DNA of 64,000 nucleotides, taken from positions 20,793 through 84,792 of the forward strand of contig CAMYND010000012.1 in assembly GCA_947259645.1 (NCBI GenBank), read 5' to 3'. The stretch is from Thermodesulfovibrionia bacterium. GTDB taxonomy: Bacteria; Nitrospirota; Thermodesulfovibrionia; UBA6902. Below the pieces are notes generated by a model. That model did not search any database, was not told where the DNA came from, and saw only the letters and a program-made list of their open reading frames with translations. This document shows, piece by piece, positions 36,931 to 46,096 of the stretch; positions within the stretch are counted from its first letter, which is position 1; each line of letters opens with the position of its first letter. The translations under genes were made by a program, and so were the position numbers.

Positions 36931-38673
36931 ATTTTAGAAGCATCTCAAAAAGAAAAAGAGTATCTCGAAGTATATCGGCACAGCACCTCCCACATAATGG
37001 CTCACGCGATAAAAGAGCTCTTTCCTGACACCAGGTTTGCCATTGGGCCAGCCATTGATGAAGGGTTCTATTATGATGTAGATTGTGACCATAGCATTAC
37101 CCAGGAAGATCTTCCGAAAATCGAAAAGAAGATGAAGGAGATTATCAAGGCCAGGAGCCCCTTTCAGCGCAAAGAGCTTTCTAAAGAAGAGGCGATCAGC
37201 CTTTTTAAAGGCATGGGAGAGACCTATAAAGTCGAGCTCATTGAGGAGATAGATGAAGAGAAGGTAACGGTCTATGAAGAAGGAGGGTTTGTTGATCTCT
37301 GCCGGGGACCTCACCTTGAAACTACCGGCAAGGTAAAGGCCTTCAAGCTGCTGTCTGTCGCGGGAGCATATTGGAGAGGGGATGAAAAGAACAAAATGCT
37401 CCAGCGCATTTATGGTGTTTCCTTTCCTGAAAAAGAGGCGCTGAAAAAGCACCTTGCCTTTCTTGAAGAAGTCAAAAAGCGTGATCACCGCCGCCTTGGC
37501 AAGGAACTGGACCTCTTCAGTATGAACGATGATATCGGTTCGGGCCTGGTTTTGTGGCATCCCCGCGGAGCTGCAATCAGAAGGGCTATAGAGAATTTCT
37601 GGCTTGACGAGCATCAAAAGGCCGGGTATGAGATATTATACACGCCCCATATTGCAAAGCTGGACCTCTGGAAGAAGACAGGCCACCTCGATTTTTACCG
37701 GGAAAATATGTATGCATCCATGGAAATTGAGGGACTTGAGTATGAGATAAAACCGATGAATTGCCCGTTTCATGTAAATATATTCAAGAGTAATCTGAGA
37801 AGCTACAGAGATCTGCCCATTCGCTATGCCGAGCTTGGAACAGTGTATCGCTATGAGCGGTCAGGTGTATTGCACGGGCTTCTCAGGGTCCGGGGTTTTA
37901 CACAGGATGATGCACACATTTTCTGCAGAGAGAGCCAGATAGAGGATGAAGTCATGAAGGTGCTGGATTTTACACTTTTTATTCTAAAGACTTTTGGGTT
38001 CTCAGACTATATTGTTTATCTTTCAACTCGGCCGGACAAGTATGTCGGAACAGAAGAGGGCTGGGAAAAAGCGACTGACGCGCTGGAAAAAGCGCTTATT
38101 CATAAACAACTTACGTATGAAATTGATCCGGGCGAAGGTGTTTTTTATGGTCCCAAGATCGATATTAAAGTGCGTGATTCCCTTGGTCGGCAGTGGCAGT
38201 GCAGTACCATACAGGTTGATTTTAATATACCTGAAAGGCTTGACATCAGCTATAGAGACGCCGACAGCAAAGACCAGAGGCCGATTATGATTCATCGCGC
38301 GCTTATGGGCTCCCTAGAGAGGTTTTTCGGCATCCTGATAGAACACTATGCCGGGGCCTTTCCCTTATGGCTTGCGCCGGTGCAAGTTTCTTTGCTCAGC
38401 ATAGCTGACCGGCATATTGACTATTGCAAGGAGATCGTGAGTTCTTTGATGAATCAGGGTATACGGGCTAACCTCGATTCAGATAATGAAAAAATAGGTT
38501 ATAAAATCAGAAAAGCCACTATGTTAAAAACACCCTATATGTGTATAATAGGTGACAAAGAAACAGAAAATAAAACAATAAATATCAGAAAAAGAGACGG
38601 TGAAAATACAGGGGAGATGAGCGTCGAGAATTTGATAGCATTTCTCAAGGATGAAATTTTAACCAGGAGGTAG
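36931..38673 (+). CDS. thrS: Threonine--tRNA ligase (lacks the N-terminal TGS domain; probable ATT start)
   Basis: YRHSTSHIMAHA editing motif extends upstream of the called ATG 36997; DLCRGPH, KPMNCP, RVRGFTQDDAH, FYGPKID; in-frame TAG at 36925 and SD GAGGT before ATT 36931. Confidence 0.93.
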   Translation: MLEASQKEKEYLEVYRHSTSHIMAHAIKELFPDTRFAIGPAIDEGFYYDVDCDHSITQEDLPKIEKKMKEIIKARSPFQRKELSKEEAISLFKGMGETYKVELIEEIDEEKVTVYEEGGFVDLCRGPHLETTGKVKAFKLLSVAGAYWRGDEKNKMLQRIYGVSFPEKEALKKHLAFLEEVKKRDHRRLGKELDLFSMNDDIGSGLVLWHPRGAAIRRAIENFWLDEHQKAGYEILYTPHIAKLDLWKKTGHLDFYRENMYASMEIEGLEYEIKPMNCPFHVNIFKSNLRSYRDLPIRYAELGTVYRYERSGVLHGLLRVRGFTQDDAHIFCRESQIEDEVMKVLDFTLFILKTFGFSDYIVYLSTRPDKYVGTEEGWEKATDALEKALIHKQLTYEIDPGEGVFYGPKIDIKVRDSLGRQWQCSTIQVDFNIPERLDISYRDADSKDQRPIMIHRALMGSLERFFGILIEHYAGAFPLWLAPVQVSLLSIADRHIDYCKEIVSSLMNQGIRANLDSDNEKIGYKIRKATMLKTPYMCIIGDKETENKTINIRKRDGENTGEMSVENLIAFLKDEILTRR

Positions 38674-38675
38674 AG

Positions 38676-39173
38676 ATAAGCAAACAGTTAAGAATAAATC
38701 GATGGATCAGAGCCAAGGAGGTTCGCGTTATTGCTGACGATGGAGAGCAGCTGGGAGTCATGAATATACATGTCGCGAGAAAGACCGCTGTTGACAGAGA
38801 TCTTGATCTTGTTGAGGTGGCACCTGAAGCAAAACCTCCTGTATGCAAAATAATGGACTATGGCAAATATCGTTATCAACAGGCCAAAAAGCATACGACA
38901 AAGCAACGAAATCTCACATTGAAGGAAATTAAAGTCAGACCGCAGACAGATGAGCATGACCTTAATTTTAAGATGAAAAACGCCAAAAAATTTCTGGACC
39001 ACGGTCACAAGGTTAAAGTGACAGTTTTTTTTAGGGGTAGAGAGATAGTACATAAATTTAACGGACAAAAAATCCTGGACACCATAACAGCAGAACTGGC
39101 TGAGGCCTCAAATGTTGAAACAAGGCCGAAGATGGAAGGAAACAGGATGATAATGATACTTTCACCAAAATAA
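38676..39173 (+). CDS. infC: Translation initiation factor IF-3 (ATA start)
   Basis: From ATA 38676: ISKQLRINRWIRAKEVRVIADDGEQLGVM...DLVEVAPEAKPPVCKIMDYGKY; SD AGGAGGT upstream. Confidence 0.95.
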   Translation: MSKQLRINRWIRAKEVRVIADDGEQLGVMNIHVARKTAVDRDLDLVEVAPEAKPPVCKIMDYGKYRYQQAKKHTTKQRNLTLKEIKVRPQTDEHDLNFKMKNAKKFLDHGHKVKVTVFFRGREIVHKFNGQKILDTITAELAEASNVETRPKMEGNRMIMILSPK

Positions 39174-39208
39174 AATGATGAGATAACAATCAGGAGGTTA
39201 CCACTCAA

Positions 39209-39403
39209 ATGCCGAAAATAAAAACACACCGAGGCGCGGCAAAGAGGTTTAAGAAAACCGCGACAGGAAAGTACAAGAGATACAAGGCGTACATGAGTCA
39301 TATGATGAACCACAAATCCTCAAAGAGGACAAAACTGCTGAGAAAGGCAGGTCTCGTACACAAAACAAATATTGACGCCGTAAGAAAGATGCTGCCTAAT
39401 TAA
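39209..39403 (+). CDS. rpmI: 50S ribosomal protein L35
   Basis: [21 protein letters not shown]. Confidence 0.97.
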   Translation: MPKIKTHRGAAKRFKKTATGKYKRYKAYMSHMMNHKSSKRTKLLRKAGLVHKTNIDAVRKMLPN

Positions 39404-39582
39404 TTGCTGATAACAATCAAATACTGATGTCAGCGCTGCAGTATGCTTCTCAATTGAACTATTCAAAAATAATAATAAATACTGTATAATGAGCACTACT
39501 CTTTTTGCTGACCGGATTTCAGAGAGGGCGTTCTTTAAAGAGAATGATTCAAGGGTAAGTGATTTCAGGAGGATGAAACAGA

Positions 39583-39942
39583 ATGCCAAGAGCACGAGGT
39601 GGTTTTAAAACCAGAAGAAGAAGAAAAAAAGTTCTCAAGATGGCACGCGGCTTTTACAGTGCCAGAGGTCGTCTTTATAAAGTAGCAGCCGAGGCAGTTG
39701 ATAAGGCGTTGCTCCATTCTTACCGGGACAGGCGGAATAAAAAGCGTGAGTTCAGGTCCCTCTGGATAATCAGGATCAATGCTGCGGTAAGGGCGCTGGG
39801 TATGACATACAGTCAGTTTATGAATAAACTGAAGGTCATGAACATTCAGCTGAACAGAAAAGCCCTGGCTGACCTTGCGTATAGTGATCCCAAGGCCTTT
39901 GCCAACCTTTTAGAAACGGTAAAAAAAGGGAATGCTGGATGA
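39583..39942 (+). CDS. rplT: 50S ribosomal protein L20
   Basis: MPRARGG...[22 protein letters not shown]. Confidence 0.97.
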   Translation: MPRARGGFKTRRRRKKVLKMARGFYSARGRLYKVAAEAVDKALLHSYRDRRNKKREFRSLWIIRINAAVRALGMTYSQFMNKLKVMNIQLNRKALADLAYSDPKAFANLLETVKKGNAG

Positions 39943-40948
39943 TATTCAGTCCTTAAGGGATTCTGCCAGGGAAGACATAGAGAGCGCTTCAGGACTGAAA
40001 GACATTCATGATCTCAGGGTTAAGTATCTCGGAAAGAAAGGGATTCTCACCAGCTATTTAAAATCCCTGGGCTCTATCGCAAAAGAAGAACGGCGCGAAT
40101 ACGGACAGACGCTCAATGAAACGAAAGGCCTTATAGAGTCACTCCTTAATGGCAGAGAAGAAGATCTCAAGTCATCAGAATTAGAAAAAAATCTCGCATC
40201 AGAGAGCATTGATGTAACAATCACCGGCCGTAAAATCCCTTTCGGACACCTCCATCCTGTGACTCAGGTTCTTGATGAAATAATAAGTATCTTCATTTCT
40301 CTGGGTTTTACGGTCGAAGACGGTCCTGAGATAGAGCATGATTTTTACAACTTTGAGGCATTGAACTTTCCAAAGGACCATCCTGCCAGAGACATGCAGG
40401 ACACCTTTTTTATAAATGATGATGTTGTGCTGAGGACGCACACCTCTTCTGTTCAGGTCCGGGTCATGGAGAACAACAGTCCGCCCCTTCGGGTAATTGT
40501 TCCCGGCAAAGTCTACCGCTGCGACTCTGATGTCAGTCACATTCCGATGTTTCATCAACTGGAAGGTTTTTTGATTGATAAAAATATTCGTATGAGCGAC
40601 CTGAAGGGCACGCTCGAACTCTTTATTCACCGAGTATTCGGGCCTGAGACATCAATCAGGTTGAGGCCAAGCTTTTTCCCTTTTACAGAGCCGAGCGCTG
40701 AAATTGATATTTCCTGTGTCATCTGCAACGGCTCAGGCTGCAATGTGTGCAGCAGCACAGGGTGGATCGAGATTCTTGGTGCAGGCATGATTAATCCTCA
40801 TGTTTATGAAAACGCGGGATATGAGCCTGACATGTATACAGGCTTTGCCTTTGGCCTTGGAATAGAGCGCGTTGCAATGTTGAAATACGGAATTAATGAT
40901 ATCAGGCTATTCCCGGAAAACGATAAAAGGTTTCTTGATCAATTTTAA
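39932..40948 (+). CDS. pheS: Phenylalanine--tRNA ligase alpha subunit
   Basis: [40 protein letters not shown]. Confidence 0.97.
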   Translation: MLDDIQSLRDSAREDIESASGLKDIHDLRVKYLGKKGILTSYLKSLGSIAKEERREYGQTLNETKGLIESLLNGREEDLKSSELEKNLASESIDVTITGRKIPFGHLHPVTQVLDEIISIFISLGFTVEDGPEIEHDFYNFEALNFPKDHPARDMQDTFFINDDVVLRTHTSSVQVRVMENNSPPLRVIVPGKVYRCDSDVSHIPMFHQLEGFLIDKNIRMSDLKGTLELFIHRVFGPETSIRLRPSFFPFTEPSAEIDISCVICNGSGCNVCSSTGWIEILGAGMINPHVYENAGYEPDMYTGFAFGLGIERVAMLKYGINDIRLFPENDKRFLDQF

Positions 40949-40951
40949 TAT

Positions 40952-41032
40952 AGCAGTCAGCTTTCAGCGGTCAGCACTCAGCTTAGAATAAAGCCTGAGT
41001 ATCAGTAGCTGAAGCCTGAACGCTGAAAGCTG
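40952..41032. repeat. Heptamer inverted-repeat element (second copy)
   Basis: AGCAGTC AGCTTTC AGCGGTC AGCACTC AGCT left arm; GCTGAAG CCTGAAC GCTGAAA GCTG right arm; in the pheS-pheT spacer. Confidence 0.75.
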
Positions 41033-41047
41033 TCCACTAATAAAACT

Positions 41048-43102
41048 ATGAAAGCTTCGTACAACTGGTTAAAGGATTTTGTAGATTTTCAATTGTCTTC
41101 GCAAGACCTTGCCCATACTCTGACTATGGCGGGTTTTGAGGTCGAGGCGATCGAACCTGTTGAAGATGACACTGTCTTCGATATCGGAATAACGCCGAAC
41201 AGACCTGACTGTCTCAGCATGCGGGGGATTGCACGGGAAATCTCTACAATTCTTGAGATACCTTTTAAAACCATTCCCTCCCAAGAGATTGAGGAAGAAG
41301 GGCAGGGGCCCCCTGTTGAAATACTGAATAAGGACCTTTGTCCACGGTACTCCTCACGGGTTATTACAGGAATAAAACCAGGGGCATCTCCTGAATGGCT
41401 GTCGAAACGACTCGAGTCCTGTGGTATACGGTCAATGTCCAATATCGTTGATGTAACGAACTATGTAATGCTGGAGATGGGACAGCCAATGCATGCCTTT
41501 GATCTTGACAAGATTGATCAGGGGAAGATCATCGTAAAAGAGGCAGGGAGCACCATAACATTTGTTACTCTTGATAATGAAGAGAGAAAAATTTCAAAGG
41601 ATATGCTCCTGATATGGGATGGGAAGAAGCCTGTCGCAATTGCCGGTGTTATGGGTGGACTGAACTCTGAAGTACATGAAGGAACAACGAATATACTCCT
41701 TGAAAGCGCTTACTTTAACCCCTCTTCAGTACGAAAGACATCAAGAGCTCTTAATATTTCGACTGAAGCATCATACCGGTTTGAACGGGGAGTGGACAGG
41801 GAAGCCGCGGATGAGGCGATGAACAGGGCGGCACAGATGATTCTTGATCTGGCAGGAGGAAGAGCAACCGCAATGACAGATGCTTATCCGGAGCCCCACA
41901 AACCACGATCAATCCAGGTTTCAGTCAATTCTATAAGCTCACTTATCGGCATAGATCTTGATGAAGACACTGTGGGAAAAACCTTGAATAGTCTGGGATG
42001 CGGCACAGTCAATACTGATGGTGTTCTTACTGTTGTCCCGCCAAGCTACCGTGAAGACCTGATAATGTCTGTTGATATTGCGGAAGAAATAGCCCGGCTC
42101 TATGGATATGATAAAATCCCTTCAACATTCCCTGTAATGCAGATGAGCGCGGCTCCAGAGAACAAAAAGCAGAAGGTAATAAGCCGGCTCAAGGAGTCTC
42201 TTGTACATTCCGGGTTTTCTGAAGCAATAAACTATAGTTTTATGAACACTGATGCATTGGACAATTTAAATATAGGCGCAGGAGACAGAAGGAGGGACGT
42301 TGTACATGTCAAGAACCCCCTGAGAATAGAAGACGCAGCGATGAGGACAACACTGGTGCCAGCGTTGCTTAATAATATTCAAACAAATCACCGCCGCGGC
42401 GAGAAAGCGATCCGTCTATTCGAGATATCCAAAGTGTTTTTACCGTCAAAAGAGAAACTTCCTGAGGAAATACTACAGTTAGGAGCTGTATTGAGCAAGG
42501 AGCAGACAGCACGTTTCTGGGCTGAGCAGCATGAAGGGTTTTACGATCTCAAAGGAGCATTTGAAAATGTCCTTTCCGGATTAAAAATCAAGAATATTTC
42601 TTTTTCACACAGTGGGAAAGATACTGAACCCTATCTTCATCCCGGTAAGTCATGCGCTATATATATAAACGGAAATAAATCAGGAAGCCTGGGATCATTG
42701 CATCCCGCTGTTGCCGAAGCCTTTGATATCCGGGGCGACATTTCTCTCGGTACAATTGATAACATTCGCGAAATCATCGAATCCAGTGCTGAAAAAGAAT
42801 ATTTTAACCCACTGCCGAAATATCCCTGCTCAGAGAGAGATATGGCAATAGTTGTGGATGACACTATTACGGTGGCTTCTGTTGAAGATGAGATTTTCAA
42901 CACTGAGACAACACTGATAGAATCAGTAAATTTGTTTGACATTTACAAAGGTAAACCGATTCCTCAGGGTAAAAAGAGCCTTGCCTATTCCATTCGATAC
43001 AGGTCTTCAGAGCGAACCCTGAAAGATGGAGAAGTTGATGAGTTGCATGCGCATGTTCTTGGCCGCCTTCAGAAAAGCCTCAATGCCGAGTTGCGGAGCT
43101 GA
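41048..43102 (+). CDS. pheT: Phenylalanine--tRNA ligase beta subunit (short form without the B2 OB domain)
   Basis: ITPNRPDCLS, NIVDVTNY, YRFERG, EEIARLYGYD, FDX-ACB C-terminus; only 684 aa. Confidence 0.95.
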   Translation: MKASYNWLKDFVDFQLSSQDLAHTLTMAGFEVEAIEPVEDDTVFDIGITPNRPDCLSMRGIAREISTILEIPFKTIPSQEIEEEGQGPPVEILNKDLCPRYSSRVITGIKPGASPEWLSKRLESCGIRSMSNIVDVTNYVMLEMGQPMHAFDLDKIDQGKIIVKEAGSTITFVTLDNEERKISKDMLLIWDGKKPVAIAGVMGGLNSEVHEGTTNILLESAYFNPSSVRKTSRALNISTEASYRFERGVDREAADEAMNRAAQMILDLAGGRATAMTDAYPEPHKPRSIQVSVNSISSLIGIDLDEDTVGKTLNSLGCGTVNTDGVLTVVPPSYREDLIMSVDIAEEIARLYGYDKIPSTFPVMQMSAAPENKKQKVISRLKESLVHSGFSEAINYSFMNTDALDNLNIGAGDRRRDVVHVKNPLRIEDAAMRTTLVPALLNNIQTNHRRGEKAIRLFEISKVFLPSKEKLPEEILQLGAVLSKEQTARFWAEQHEGFYDLKGAFENVLSGLKIKNISFSHSGKDTEPYLHPGKSCAIYINGNKSGSLGSLHPAVAEAFDIRGDISLGTIDNIREIIESSAEKEYFNPLPKYPCSERDMAIVVDDTITVASVEDEIFNTETTLIESVNLFDIYKGKPIPQGKKSLAYSIRYRSSERTLKDGEVDELHAHVLGRLQKSLNAELRS

Positions 43103-43193
43103 GCTACCAGCCGGAGAACGCAGTTCAATCTTATTGATAAAACCATTGTCTAAAGATATTCAGTATGTTGACGATAATATATATATGGTCAAC

Positions 43194-43352
43194 ATGGAAT
43201 ATAAAATTATTATTCTTGAAAAGCTCGGCAATGGCTCACTCTACACTCACACATTTCCCCTTGAGCCTGATGCCCTGGAAGAAGGCTTAAAATTCAGAGC
43301 ACTTCATTTCCACTCGGACTGTGTTTTTGTCCTTGAGTACTGCACAAACTAA
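43194..43352 (+). CDS. Possible small hypothetical protein (~52 aa)
   Basis: MEYKIIILEKLGNGSLYTHTF...LEYCTN; no clear SD. Confidence 0.25.
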   Translation: MEYKIIILEKLGNGSLYTHTFPLEPDALEEGLKFRALHFHSDCVFVLEYCTN

Positions 43353-43409
43353 TCGTCATTCACCTTAATCAGACTTGTCTAATAAGAGAGAGATCATGTA
43401 TCTTTTTCT

Positions 43410-44636
43410 ATGGACATCAAGAGTGTAATTCTTTCGGACCCGATAAATAATTGGTTTTTCTCTCGATACCGGGACAGGGTCTATCTTGTAGGAGGTTATC
43501 TCCGGGACCTTCTGAGAAGCCGAATTTCTAAGGATAGAGATTTTGTATTCAAGGGTGATGTAGAAAGGCTTTCCCTCGAGGTTTCTGTTAAATTTGGAGG
43601 AACCCTTGTTGTTCTGAAGAAAAAAAAGGTCTGTCGCATTGTTTTCCCTGATAAAAGCGTCATAGATATCTCACTCCTTGAGACATCCATTGAAGAGGAC
43701 CTCCAGGCAAGAGATTACACAATTAACTCTCTGGCGTGGTCCCCGGAAAAAGGTCTTTTGGATCTCTATGGCGGAATAGCCGACCTCGGGAACAGAAAGA
43801 TCCGCGTAATAAGCAGACAGAATATAGCTGATGATCCGCTCAGGATTCTCCGGGCGTACAGATTTGCAGCCACCTTGCATTTCACTATTGATCGAGATAC
43901 ACGATCCTGCCTGAAGCATTACGCGTCAGATATTAAGGGGGTTTCATCAGAGAGGGTCACGTATGAGATAATTCTCTTGCTAAATAGCTATTTAACGCAT
44001 AAATACATGATGTTAGCTTTTAATGATAATGTATTACATGAACTATTCGATATATCAAATCGTAGTTTATTAATAAATCTTAAACTATTAAAAAAGTTCG
44101 ATATTTTCTGGAACCGCATTCATTTGCTGAGGGATAAAAGAAGGTTGAACAGTAACGTATCAGATATTTTGAATAAGGATGTGGGTCAGGAGTTAAAATC
44201 AGTCGGTCTTGTCAGGTTTGCCATTCTTTTCCTTGGAGCTGAACATGCAGCAGGCATGAAGAGGTTTCGGCTCAGCAATAGGGTGCAGAATGCGGTACAT
44301 CGAATGTCTGTAGCATATTCACTCGCTTCAGGCCGAATCACGAGGAATCGGTTATATGAGATACTAAGGACAGCAAAGGGTTGTGAATATGAAGCCGCAC
44401 TGTTGATATCGGTAATAAAAGAAAAGGCTGTTGATAAATACCTGTTGCGTACATCTGAATATCTGAAGATCTCAGAGAAATCAATTTTAAGCGGGCACGA
44501 GATCAAAGGAATGTTAAAAAGCGTTTCAGGACAGCAAATAGGGGATATTCAGGAAGAATTGAGGAGACGGCAATTTGCAGGGACGATAAAAGGAAAGACT
44601 GAGGCAAAGGAATTCATAAGAGCTAATTTAACATAA
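43410..44636 (+). CDS. Class II tRNA nucleotidyltransferase, probably CC-adding
   Basis: YLVGGYLRDLL, DRD, EEDLQARDYTINS, DDPLRILRAYRF, ERV..E; the flexible loop before EEDL is missing. Confidence 0.85.
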   Translation: MDIKSVILSDPINNWFFSRYRDRVYLVGGYLRDLLRSRISKDRDFVFKGDVERLSLEVSVKFGGTLVVLKKKKVCRIVFPDKSVIDISLLETSIEEDLQARDYTINSLAWSPEKGLLDLYGGIADLGNRKIRVISRQNIADDPLRILRAYRFAATLHFTIDRDTRSCLKHYASDIKGVSSERVTYEIILLLNSYLTHKYMMLAFNDNVLHELFDISNRSLLINLKLLKKFDIFWNRIHLLRDKRRLNSNVSDILNKDVGQELKSVGLVRFAILFLGAEHAAGMKRFRLSNRVQNAVHRMSVAYSLASGRITRNRLYEILRTAKGCEYEAALLISVIKEKAVDKYLLRTSEYLKISEKSILSGHEIKGMLKSVSGQQIGDIQEELRRRQFAGTIKGKTEAKEFIRANLT

Positions 44637-44805
44637 TATATCTTATCGGACACTGGGGCTGTCAAAGTTTTGTTTAAAAGATGTTGAAACTCTCCTCCTC
44701 CTCTCCAGTAAGGCGCACCTGATATAACTATTCCATGGATTGCACAATTATTAGGCAGATAAAATACACTTAAAAATCAATGGCTTGATTAATTAATCAT
44801 ATAAA

Positions 44806-46086
44806 TCAAAGGGGTTCAGCAACCAGGCCTTTATCTGTCAAAGAGATGACCCTTACTGGTATGCACTGGCCCGGCTCAAGGCTCTCGGAATTAACTAATA
44901 TTTTCAAGTAGTTATCAGATAATGCATTATAGTACCGCGACTTAGAAGACTTACCCTCAATGATAACATTAAGTATAGTCTTAATATATCTTGTATTATA
45001 TTCATATTTAAGCTTTCTACTTAAATTGAGCAGCTTCTTCACCCTGATCTTCTTTGTAGCTTTGCTCACATGCTCATTCAGGCCGGTGGCCCTGGTGTTT
45101 GGTCGTGCTGAATAGGGAAAGGCGTGGAGGTAGCTCAGGGGTAAACTTTTAATAAATCTGACGGTACTGTCAAAGTCATTATCAGTTTCTCCGGGAAATC
45201 CAACAATGATGTCAGTACCGAGTGAGATCTCTGGATAATCTGTTACTATGCTGTGAATAACCTGTTTGTAATATTCAGAGGAATAGCCCCTGTTCATTTT
45301 CTTTAGTATGTTATCGCATCCACTCTGGAGGGGAATATGGAGATGGCGGCACACCCTGCCCTTTTTCATGTACTCAAGGAACTCTGGTTTGAATTCTCGC
45401 GGCTCTATTGAGCTCAGCCGAATACGTACATCAGTACATGAATCAATAATCGACTTCACTATTTCCAGCAGAGAGCTTTCAGGCTTCAGGTCAGTGCCAT
45501 AGGCGCCGATATGGATACCGGTCAATACTATTTCTTTATACCCGCTCGAGACCAGGTTGTTCACAGAACGCAGAACACTCGCGGTGTCCAGGCTCCGGCT
45601 TTTCCCCCGGGCCATGGGTACTGTGCAGTATGAGCAGGAAAAATTGCACCCATCCTGAATCTTTAAAAAGGCACGAGACCTGCTGGATGCATAGGGCTTA
45701 TACGAGAGCGGATCTGATGGCTCATGAACCTCAATGGAGGATGCCCTTTCTTGAGTTGATATGTTTTGCACATGGGAAAGTATTGTATGTTTGCCGGAAT
45801 TTCCTATAATTGAGTTAAGCCCTTCTATTTTCCGCAGGTCTTCCGACCGAAGCTGCGCGTAGCAGCCCGTTGCCACCACTTTAGCCCCGGACCGTATTGC
45901 TTTTCTTATGAGTTGTCGTGACTGATAGTCACTTTTAGCGGTTACTGTGCAGGTGTTGACTATGCAGATGTCAGGATTATCATCGTGCCTGACTATTTCA
46001 TAATCATTATCTCTCAAGATGCCTTCCATGGAAGAACTCTCTGACTGATTCACTTTACAGCCCAAGGTCTGAATCGCTATTTTCAT
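44806..46086 (-). CDS. mtaB: tRNA t6A37 methylthiotransferase
   Basis: TLGCKVNQSES, NTCTVT, GCYAQ, KIQDGCNFSCSYC, LTGIHIG; ATG at 46086. Confidence 0.93.
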   Translation of the reverse strand: MKIAIQTLGCKVNQSESSSMEGILRDNDYEIVRHDDNPDICIVNTCTVTAKSDYQSRQLIRKAIRSGAKVVATGCYAQLRSEDLRKIEGLNSIIGNSGKHTILSHVQNISTQERASSIEVHEPSDPLSYKPYASSRSRAFLKIQDGCNFSCSYCTVPMARGKSRSLDTASVLRSVNNLVSSGYKEIVLTGIHIGAYGTDLKPESSLLEIVKSIIDSCTDVRIRLSSIEPREFKPEFLEYMKKGRVCRHLHIPLQSGCDNILKKMNRGYSSEYYKQVIHSIVTDYPEISLGTDIIVGFPGETDNDFDSTVRFIKSLPLSYLHAFPYSARPNTRATGLNEHVSKATKKIRVKKLLNLSRKLKYEYNTRYIKTILNVIIEGKSSKSRYYNALSDNYLKILVNSESLEPGQCIPVRVISLTDKGLVAEPL

Positions 46087-46096
46087 CTGACTGAAT

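Noticed and set aside
36934-37617. 227-aa antisense ORF and the many other overlapping ORFs in the track (e.g. 17575-18117, 49953-50498, 57853-58344)
   Set aside because: Shadow frames of well-supported genes, with no motifs or SD
43165-43195. BirA operator
   Set aside because: Half-sites are in the opposite orientation to TGTxAAC...GTTxACA, and the site is far from the bio genes
43026-43352. 108-aa ORF overlapping the pheT end
   Set aside because: The N-terminal half overlaps pheT with no SD; only the distal ~52 codons are plausible
43103-43400. 6S RNA after pheT
   Set aside because: No zapA context and no long central-bubble hairpin recognisable by eye
44643-44672. sigma28 promoter (TCCGATAA on the minus strand)
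   Set aside because: No matching -35 at 11-nt spacing, and it points antisense into the nucleotidyltransferase gene
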